Assembly: GCA_009602735.1 (NCBI GenBank)
Contig: WELA01003638.1
Coordinates: forward strand, 65,258-98,435
From: Mesotaenium endlicherianum
Lineage: Eukaryota
Length of the DNA: 33,178 nucleotides
Direction: 5' to 3'
Below, one piece after another: positions 23,143 to 32,448 of this stretch. A program made the position numbers and the translations under genes. The stretch's first letter is position 1. Every line of letters starts with the position of its first letter. The notes beneath the pieces are model-generated. The model was not told the DNA's origin. It was given only the letters and a program-made list of their open reading frames with translations, and ran no database searches.

Positions 23143-26100
23143 ATGGAAGCTCTGAGGGGGATTAGTCACTTTTCCACATTACGTGTTCCAATCAAAGCAT
23201 CAGCACTTAATAGATTTCAGCGGGCGTCGTCTTTGCAGGCGCCTGTAAATTTCTTCCACTTCGATATCCCACGCAGGGAGCATTTTAGAATCTCCTCAGG
23301 AAGTAGTAATCCATATATATCAACTACCAGTTCAATTCCCTTAAAGGTCAGCAGGAAGGTCATGTGCAGCGTCAGCACTACTAATGTAGACGGCCTGGAC
23401 TCAAATGATAATGCTCCTGCAACCGACGCGGAGAAGGAGGCATGGGAGATGCGAAAGGTGTGCACAAACGGGATATACTTAACGTTAACTGTGAAGCCAT
23501 TGAGTCGTATATCATGTGTGTGGCTTTGATATGGTTTTTTCGGTGAGCGCATGGCTCTAGGAAATATTTTATTAGTAGCTGTGTATGTGTACCTTGGTTT
23601 AGTTGGAAGGTAAATGAAGTGGAATGTCGCTTCCTTCGTGTGGAGGGGCGTAGTGTATCAGGTTGGCACTTATGCAATAATGCAGGAGGAACTTCAAATG
23701 TGATGGGTGAATGGAGGGGACTGGAACGCTGTTGATAGCAACCAGCAAATGAGACCACTGCCAAGGATGAATGTTGTAGGGATTGTAGTGCCTCCAGACT
23801 TGTCTTTCTTTTGTTCGTGAACATAAGTCGGGTTAGATTATATACGAAGTGTGAAGTCCGATTGAGAATATTCTCCCCCCAAGTTTTTATTACCTGATTT
23901 ATGTCACTTGCCTGCTCACGTAGAGACCGTTTAATAACTCCTTGCTGGAATGTCCTTTTAGAACGAAAGCTTCTACATGGCTATAATCAGTAAACAATGG
24001 CATCAAATGGATGTGCACGGGGCGAGATGCATTTCAAGCACAAGCAGCCTGCACCTTATGACTTGTCAAGACATGTGTGGCGGCTATCATGAAGTGGGGG
24101 GGGTGGTGTTAGCAGCAGATGGCACTGCTGTTAATCTGCAGCCGGGACAAGGGCAGCTCAATGACAGCCAATGTTAGCAACTGGAGCTAGAGTAGTTTCA
24201 TGTTACTGTTTCTTTCAGCCAATATTACAAAGATAAGACAGAGCAGAAGAAATGCATGAGCCCTGCTATTATGAAATTTGCCGTGAGTAGAGCACTTGGC
24301 ACACTTACTTTGACCTTTTCCCAACTGATCTAGTGAAATAAATTGCCTGCCAAACTAGAGGTCACGTCGTCCCTTTAGTTATAGACCAACGTGACTGTGA
24401 CCAACGTGGAGTTTAAAAACACAATATCTAGGCATGTGGGAGGCTAGATACGGTTGAAGCAGTCAGATCGGGAGGACGATAGTCCAGGTGCTGGAGCTGA
24501 GAGCCTGCATGGACATGTGGCAGAAAGAGGCAGCGCCAGGTGTGGGCCCACAAGACGAGTGGAGGTGGACGCTCAACTGGGATGCTGTCACGCCTGACAT
24601 TCTCATCGGGTCATGCCCTCGCAGCCCCTCTGATTTGGTAACCAAGGCCCGCTGCCCCCTTCTCTCCTTCTATTTCCCAGTGGGAGTGAGAACTCTCTCT
24701 TGGAAGTGCATGGCTGAGGTCCTAGCAGACAGCATCTTGAACACCGGGGAAGGAAGCATCAGGCTTTCTCAATCTGTGTCTTGTGCAATGGGCCTTCTGC
24801 TGCCAGTTGACAAAAAATATTATCGAGCACATTGAGGAGGTATTTGAAATGTGCTGGGAAAGCCCGGTGCTGCCCACGTGCAGCTGCTCTTTGCAGTCTG
24901 TGCTGGTTGGCCATAAAAACTCAACTCCCAGCAAGTCCAGTCAGGATGGCTGCCCACATCAGAGACTGCTGCATGTCTGATGAAACGTTGAGGTGGACTT
25001 CCGCACAGGAGACTAGTGTGCTAGGAGTGGCTAGATCATGATGAAGGTTTGTGCAGGTGACACTAAGTAGCTGCCATTGTATGCCAGGGTTACTTCGTTC
25101 TCTGTCGAAAGGTCATGGAAGGGAAGACGGCAAATGCTATACATGGGAAAACTTCATGAGCGTAACTACTAAGAGGCTCAGCTGGGGAGAGCGACCAGGT
25201 ACATGCTCAAGACAGAGGGGGGCAGTGACTGATGTGGAGAGGATACCCTGTGGGCTTGTGTTGGAGTGACTGGCGCAGGACAGAATCGTGGATGAGGCAG
25301 GAGCCACCGCAATTCTTAACCTCCAGTCTGATATCTGCTTCGAGGCCCTGCAGGTGCCCTGATTATTTTCCTCTCCTTCCCTCCCTCCTTCCTTCGCCTT
25401 CCCCCTCTCCCCTCTCCTCCCCCCCCCCCGGGCCCNNNNNNNNNNNNNNNNNNNNNNNNNNNNNNNNNNNNNNNNNNNNNNNNNNNNNNNNNNNNNNNNN
25501 NNNNNNNNNNNNNNNNNNNNNNNNNNNNNNNNNNNNNNNNNNNNNNNNNNNNNNNNNNNNNNNNNNNNNNNNNNNNNNNNNNNNNNNNNNNNNNNNNNNN
25601 NNNNNNNNNNNNNNNNNNNNNNNNNNNNNNNNNNNNNNNNNNNNNNNNNNNNNNNNNNNNNNNNNNNNNNNNNNNNNNNNNNNNNNNNNNNNNNNNNNNN
25701 NNNNNNNNNNNNNNNNNNNNNNNNNNNNNNNNNNNNNNNNNNNNNNNNNNNNNNNNNNNNNNNNNNNNNNNNNNNNNNNNNNNNNNNNNNNNNNNNNNNN
25801 NNNNNNNNNCCCGGGCCCCCCCAAAACTCTCTCTCTCTCTCCCTCCCTCCCTCCCTCCCTCCCTCCCTCCCTTGCATGTATGTTGCATACCAGCATGAAA
25901 GCGCTTGCAGTCAGGAGGTGGGGATGTGAGCAGTTGACCGAGTCTCAGCTCTTCAGGGAGACCTGTGGCCTGCAAGTGGTTGGGCAGATTCCATACAGCG
26001 ACATCCTGAGCCAGGCTATGGCCAGGGGCGTCTTTCTGGAGCGCGTGCCTGTCCGCGACTTTGACCGCGGCGATCAGGTGAGAGAGAAGAGAGCGCCATG

Positions 26101-27977
26101 CAGCTCACCCTGATCTGCGACACTCTTGTTGTGTCTCCGCGTTTGACCTGGCCCATTGCCACCACCCCTTGTGTTGCTCTCAACCGTGCATCTGCCCGCC
26201 CATGTTGTCCCCTCCCCCAGGGGCTGCTGCTCTCACACTTGTTTTCTGTGAGCTATCACACATCTCTTGGAGAAAACTGATCAGCGTATTATGGGTGGAC
26301 ACTCGAGCTAGAGCGGGGGGCCAGGGGGCAAGAGGGGCGGTGGGGGCCGTTGACGACAGTCTGAGGTACGGTCTTGACAGGGCTATTGCAGAAGTCTCTG
26401 AACATCACAGTATCGGAAAGTGCCCAGCCGGTACGCAGTGCAATGCATGCTGTGGTTGGCCTTATGCCGCTGCAGTGGCTTCTGGCAGAAGGAGGAAGCT
26501 GTGCTGCTGCCCCCCCGAGGTGCAAGCAGCCGGCAACTTTTGTGAGGAGCCCCGTTGTGTGCGCGCATTTGGACTGAGCAACGAAGCCCGCGAGATTTTT
26601 TTTTTTTGAGGGGGGGCAGGGGGAGAGGNNNNNNNNNNNNGGGGGGGGGGGAGAGAGAGCAGGCGCTGATGCTGCCGGAGGCGGTGAGGATGCTCCACAT
26701 GCTGGTGACGCGCGGCTGCCGCGTGTACGTGCACTGCACCGCCGGCATCAACCGCGCCTCCCTCACCGTCCTCGGCTACCTCACCTTTGTCCAGGTCAGC
26801 GCTCTCCGCCCTCCCCGACGCATGCACTTCCCATACTTGTGGGTGGCTCTGGGCTCAGGCATCCTCGTGGGATTTGCAGGCCTAGATTTGGCTCGCGGCT
26901 GTAGCTTCCCTGTCTGCCATGGCCCCCCCCACCTGCCCCTCCTCCCGCTCCCCTGAGGGCTCCATGGTGAGGTGCAGACGTGGCTTGGGGACCACGCCAG
27001 TGTTGGGCCAGCAGTTTTGCATCCATAGCCCACTGCTGTATGTAGGTACTAGAATTTGTTCGGTGCCTTACTTTCAGACAGGTAGTTGAGTCCATGACAA
27101 TTTCGTGTTCAGTGAGAGAGAGAGGCGGGAGTGTGGGGGGGGGNGGGTAGTCTACTCTGGTCTCTCAGTCAGCCAGAGTCGGTGGGTCTCTTGGGGGTTG
27201 GATGCCAGCAGCCGGGCTGCTGCTCTTGGCTTGCCGGTAGCCGTGTGCCAGCATGCGTGCGTGCACCGCACGCACCCGCCTTCCCTTGCGGATCAGTCAT
27301 TAACAATAGACGACCTTCTTTCCTCGCTATCTTTCAAATGTTAGACAGTGTTGTATCAAATAGGGGATGATCTCGAGGTGGGTTCGCGCTCATCGGGGAG
27401 ATTCGCTGCGTACAAGCATTAGGGCTATAACTGTAGGCAAGTGTGGGGGTGGTACTTGCTCCCTTTCTGGGCCTTGCGCGTGCGCAGGGGATGAGCCTGG
27501 ACGAGGCCCTGCTGGTGGTCAAGGGGGCCCGCAAAGTTGCGCACCCGTATGTGGAGTGCTGGACCGAAGTCAAGACCCGCCTCCTAGGTCCCACCCCTAC
27601 CCCCTTCTTCCTCTCCTTTAAGCACCTCGCTGCTTCCGCAGTTACGTGGTCTTGTTGTGCGCTACCACTCCAGGCTGGGCGAGCCGCACACGGTTGCTTT
27701 TCAGTTCGTTGCTGTACTAGCCAGTAAGGTCACCACTGGCGCGGGTGGGTGCGGGTGGGTGCGAGGGCGACGAGCAGACGGCAAAGGGGAGGAGCTCACA
27801 ATGCTGGCAACAGGCATCTACAAGGAGCGCTGCGAGGGGGGGGTCCACGGGAACGCGCAGACTGATTGGTCCTCCGCACAGGTTGGCGCTTCTTCATTGC
27901 CTCCCTAGTTGTCTCGCTGGGAGTTCCTCTTCCCCTCACCCCCCTTCTCACACCTTGGGGGGGGGGGGGGGGGGGGN

Positions 27978-28012
<35 letters not shown>

Positions 28013-30242
28013 CGCTTCTCACTCTGCCTGCCTATAATCATCAAGTTGTCATACCTTTGCGCATGAAGGGCCCCGCTTTATATAGCAGACAGGTGGCGCA
28101 ACTTTGCCGAGGACGTGCTCTCTCTCTCTCTCTCGCCGCTCCTGTTGCAGCCTACGCTTGACGTGGAGGGACTGCATGGCGCGTGAGCCTTTTGACTTGC
28201 CCGGAGGTGATCTTGTTGCGCTACCTGCTTTGGTGAAAGGGAAGGGGCTCCTCATTGCCCCTCTGTGAGAGCAACAGGCTCCAGGCAACGGAGAGCAGGC
28301 ACTTAGCACTGGGCGCTAGGCACTAGCCCTAGGCTAGGTACCGCCGCTGAGCAATAGGCTGCAGGCCACAGGCAACAGGTCGGAAACAGGAGGGACCCTG
28401 GGCTGTGAGCAGAATCTGGACGCGCACATTGAGTATGACCGGAAAGCACCGCAGTAGAGAGTGTGTTGGGGGGGACCTGACAGACGGGTCTGCTTGCTTG
28501 GCGCTGCGGCGGGAGCGTGGGTGGTGGGCTGGCGGCGGGGGGGCCAACGGGGGAGGAGCAGACGCAGACAATGGCACGGATTTTCAAACGCTGGCTCGAA
28601 GTCGACATGGTAAGAGCGAGAGGCATCCACGGGCCCCCTTTCCTCCTCCCTGTCTCTTGCAAGCGCACTCTCGCTGCCGCTGCCACGCTGCTTGCCCTTG
28701 CACCAACCCCTCTCTTATGGAGGAGCGATTTCTGTCGGTCCAGACATTGTGAGATAATGGTGGTGATGTTACCAGGAGGAGGATCTTGAGGATCGTCAAG
28801 CGGCTGCATGTGGCCGGCATTTTGTGGGGCCTGCTTTTGGCATTGGTGCTCGTGGCAAGCCCTGACGCATTGTTGTGCATGTTTGGGGGACCTCAGCTTC
28901 TTCATTTGTATGCTCTCTTCCTTCGTGTGCTTGGGTTGGCGGAGGAAGCTGTCTGCCGCTGATGTGCTTTCTCTTTCCCTGATAATGGGCGACAGGGGCT
29001 AGTCCCTTTGCGTTGCTTCTTGGTGATTGGCAGATGCTGATTACAGGCAAACGGGCACACACACACTCGCGCTCCTTACATGCACCCACATACACGCACG
29101 CACACACACACACACAAACACGTGCTCGGTGAGCTAAAATTGCAGGCGGTTTTGCCGTTGTAAGAGTGGGCTCGACGATTAGTTGTGAAAGAGGCAAAGG
29201 GGGCTTGCGTGAGTGCAGCAATGTGCTTTTTTAACTGCAGAGTGTGCAACAAGGCGAAGGACTTCTGTCTCAACATCACTCACTTCTTCTTCCTTCTTGC
29301 TCTCCCCTTGCGCGCATGCCCGCCTGCGCATGTGCGTGTGCACGTGCGGCTCCCTGCAGGGCGCTCTCCAAGTGGAGCGGGAGCTCACGCTGCGGTCTTC
29401 CCAGAAGTACGTGGAGTCGCTCCAAGCCCAAGTCGAGAAGCTGACGGCCGAGTTGGAGGGCATCAGAAGCCAGCAGCAACTGCAGGCCCTGAGCCCGGCA
29501 CCTGGCATCGCCGAGACCAGCGCAAGCGACAGTGCAACGACTACGCAGGAGTCGCAACAACAAGAAGAAGAGGACGAGGATGCGGAAGCGGAAGCGGAAG
29601 AGGAAGAGGACCAAGCAGCTGCCACCTCTGTTGCCCTCTCCTCCCAAAGAGAGACAAATGGCAGCGCGGCCTCGCAGGAAGCGCCTGTTGCTCTGCCAGA
29701 GACTATGGCTGCCCCAGAGACCAATGGAGCTGCCACGCTGGCAGCACAGGACGACGCCAAGACGAGGGCAGAAGAAGGAGCGCAGGAGGGAGAGGCCAGG
29801 GACGAGGAAGAGGTCGATGACGAGGGCGCGAACGTGGACGTGTATGCAAGCGCAGAGGTGGAGGAGGACGGCCTGGAAGAGGACTGGCAGTGCAACGTCA
29901 TTACGCGCGAGTGTGCCTCTGCTGTGAGTCCTAACCCTGGCCAGCCTGCCCCGCTGGCACATGCAGTTTGTTGTGCCAGCGAGGCGCGTGCGATTGTACG
30001 CCTGGTTGGTGCCGTCGTGGTGCGGAGATGCATCTGGGCATGTGTGTGGTGGGCTGGCAGTGGTCTGCTCTCAGGTGCACCTCCGTTTGTAATGCAGCAG
30101 AAATGAGAGTAGGGCTGGCAAGCGCGGCCACTTGAGAAAGAAAGTGCGTGTGTCTTCCTGCCACCGTCTTGCCCACTCAAGAATGTTTACCCGAGGAAGA
30201 ATGCGCCCTGCGTTGGGGGTTTGGTGCTGTTTGCAGGAATGA
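23143..30242 (+). CDS. Plastid-targeted dual-specificity (glucan) phosphatase, laforin/SEX4/LSF2-like, no recognisable CBM, ~525-535 aa
   Basis: Exons are 23143-23457, 24488 (or 24467)-24637, 25279-25353, 25988-26077, 26663-26794, 27488-27587, 27778-27881, 28562-28609, 29360-29923 and a tentative last exon 30237-30242. The N-terminus is Ser/Arg-rich and transit-peptide-like. Domain motifs are LNWDAVTPDILIGSCPRS, AILNLQSD, the D-loop VRDFD and the catalytic CX5R loop VYVHCTAGINRA. Confidence 0.9.
25826..25872. repeat. (CT)n/(CCCT)n microsatellite flanking an assembly gap
   Basis: ctctctctctctctccctccctccctccctccctccctccctccc immediately after the N run. Confidence 0.8.
27957..28012. repeat. 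Poly-G tract (with an internal N) in a phosphatase intron
   Basis: About 55 consecutive G; the length is unreliable because of the N. Confidence 0.75.
29056..29119. repeat. Imperfect (CA)n microsatellite in an intron
   Basis: cacacacacact...cacgcacgcacacacacacacacaaacac. Confidence 0.65.
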
Positions 30243-30684
30243 TGGAGAGGGGGCAGAAAGGGAGCCGGCAGCACTCCTGCCAAACTTTCTGTGCAGTGTG
30301 AGTGCAGCACGAATTTGCAAGGAGCGCGGCAGTTAGCAGATGCTTGGTGGGCTTTGCTGATGGATGGCAGAGTTGTTCAGATGGCAGAGTTGTTCAGATG
30401 TCGTTGCTTTCATTATGCGCATTGATGCAGTGATGGCTTCAAGGTACGTGCACCAGTGACATTAGATTAAGTTGTAGAATTATGGGCTTTAGCTCTGACT
30501 TAGTACAGTTTTTAAGCAGACAATACCACTTCTAAAGATGTAAGGATGTCTATATTCAGAGTGGTTGCAGCTGCCACTTCTACATTACTACAGCAGGAAG
30601 AGCTTGCATTTTTGAAGTACTTGTTTTTTGCCACCTAATAAAGTATGTATATTGCTCCAGTCCTGGTTCACCATCCAATGTTGG

Positions 30685-30765
30685 ATTTGACAATTTGTGT
30701 TCAAATTGCCTGATTTCGAAAGAAAGAAGGTGATATTAGAAAGAATAGTAGGAGTAGTAGTATGC
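30685..30765. repeat. 81-bp direct repeat, copy B2 (terminal)
   Basis: atttgacaatttgtgttcaaattgcctgatttcgaaagaaagaaggtgatattagaaagaatagtaggagtagtagtatgc matches 32264-32344 with 2 mismatches. Confidence 0.95.
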
Positions 30766-31016
30766 TACAATTGCGCGTCATTTGTTCTTGTCTAGTCCTT
30801 TCCTACATGCTGCTACGCTTATCTATACTTGACTAATTAATAACAATACAAAGAGGTCAAAACAACTATATTCCAATCCCTAACCAACACTATGGATTGG
30901 CAGCTGCACTCTTATTGTGTTGAGGTTGTCCGTCGAATCGCCGCCGTTGGTTACTTCTAATCGACAAACATATTGTAACACTAATAACAACAACCACCCT
31001 ATTGTGCATGGCGAAG

Positions 31017-32217
31017 ACTATTGCTGGCACCAACTTCGTTGCCTGCCTCGTGCCTCTCCCAGTGGAGTAGAGGGTTAGAGGGTGGGTGGGTAGGTATGTG
31101 TAGCAGCTACCTTCCTGCTGCAATGAGGCTTTTGTGCAACGAGAAGCCTTATGAAGGTTTTGTTTGTCGATGAGACACAACACATGTGAAATTGATCAAA
31201 TTTGAACACTATTGCTGGCACCAACTTCGTTGCCCGCCTCGTGCCTCTCACAGTGGATTGGAGGGTTAGAGGGGTGGGTGGGTGGATATGTGTAGCAACT
31301 ACCTTCCTGCTGCAATGAGGCTTCTTTGCAACGAGAAGCCTTATGAGGGTTTCGTTTGTCGATGAGACACAACACGTGTGAAATCGATCAAATTTGAACA
31401 CTTGTCAAACTTTGGTTTGCGACATTTCATGTCGCAAACCTTCAATTNNNNNNNNNNNNNNNNNNNNNNNNNNNNNNNNNNNNNNNNNNNNNNNNNNNNN
31501 NNNNNNNNNNNNNNNNNNNNNNNNNNNNNNNNNNNNNNNNNNNNNNNNNNNNNNNNNNNNNNNNNNNNNNNNNNNNNNNNNNNNNNNNNNNNNNNNNNNN
31601 NNNNNNNNNNNNNNNNNNNNNNNNNNNNNNNNNNNNNNNNNNNNNNNNNNNNNNNNNNNNNNNNNNNNNNNNNNNNNNNNNNNNNNNNNNNNNNNNNNNN
31701 NNNNNNNNNNNNNNNNNNNNNNNNNNNNNNNNNNNNNNNNNNNNNNNNNNNNNNNNNNNNNNNNNNNNNNNNNNNNNNNNNNNNNNNNNNNNNNNNNNNN
31801 NNNNNNNNNNNNNNNNNNNNNNNNNNNNNNNNNNNNNNNNNNNNNNNNNNNNNNNNNNNNNNNNNNNNNNNNNNNNNNNNNNNNNNNNNNNNNNNNNNNN
31901 NNNNNNGGTGGGTATGTGTAGCAACTACCTTCCTGCTGCAATGAGGCTTCTTTGCAACGAGAAGCCTTATGAGGGTTTTGTTTGTCGATGAGACACAACA
32001 CGTGTGAAATTGATCAAATTTGAACACTATTGCTGGCACCAACTTCGTTGCCTGCCTCGTGCCTCTCCTAGTGGATTGGAGGGTTAGAGGGGTGGGTGGG
32101 TGGGTATGTGTAGCAACTACCTTCCTGCTACAATGAGGCTTCTTTGCAACGAGAAGCCTTATGGGGGTTTCGTTTGTCGATGAGACACAACACGTGTGAA
32201 ATCGATCAAATTTGAAC
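31017..32217. repeat. ~191-192-bp tandem repeat array (units 31017-31207, 31208-31399, partial 31907-32025, 32026-32217)
   Basis: Each unit runs from actattgctggcaccaacttcg to gatcaaatttgaac. Units differ by scattered substitutions, and the array is interrupted by the N gap at 31448-31906. Confidence 0.95.
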
Positions 32218-32263
32218 ACTTTGTCAAACTTTGGTTTGCGATATTTCATGTCACAAACCTTCA

Positions 32264-32344
32264 ATTTGACAATTTGTGGTCAAATTGCCTGATTTCGAAA
32301 GAAAGAAGGTGATATTCGAAAGAATAGTAGGAGTAGTAGTATGC
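32264..32344. repeat. 81-bp direct repeat, copy B1 (internal, ~100 bp after the YR stop)
   Basis: Near-identical to 30685-30765 (gtt/ggt and tta/ttc differences). Confidence 0.95.
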
Positions 32345-32448
32345 AATATTAATAGCATACAAGGTACTTCTAGGCTAGTCTAGTGGCAAACGTAGAAGTT
32401 GGGTCTCATCTAAGTAGCGGCCCCTACGGGTCGTACTACATGGTAATG

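Noticed and set aside
25137..26113. ORFs spanning the N run and the C/G-rich ccgggcccc gap flanks
   Set aside because: Artefacts of translating Ns and low-quality contig ends; the real exons are 25279-25353 and 25988-26077.
1..30242. Functional gene cluster (NOT4, TRAPPC2, INTS7, phosphatase)
   Set aside because: Unrelated housekeeping functions; no evidence of a co-regulated pathway.
30363..30400. 17-bp tandem duplication gatggcagagttgttca x2 (also a 10-bp duplication at 12432-12451)
   Set aside because: Ordinary slippage-type duplications in UTR/intergenic DNA; not at the element boundary, so not a TSD.
31017..32217. CRISPR-like array next to a recombinase
   Set aside because: The units are contiguous ~191-bp tandem repeats with no unique spacers, there are no cas genes, and the context is eukaryotic.
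30890..32264. Repetitive ORFs (MFKFDRFHTCCVSST..., MKVCDMKYRKPK...)
   Set aside because: Translations of the tandem repeat and of N gaps; no coding evidence.
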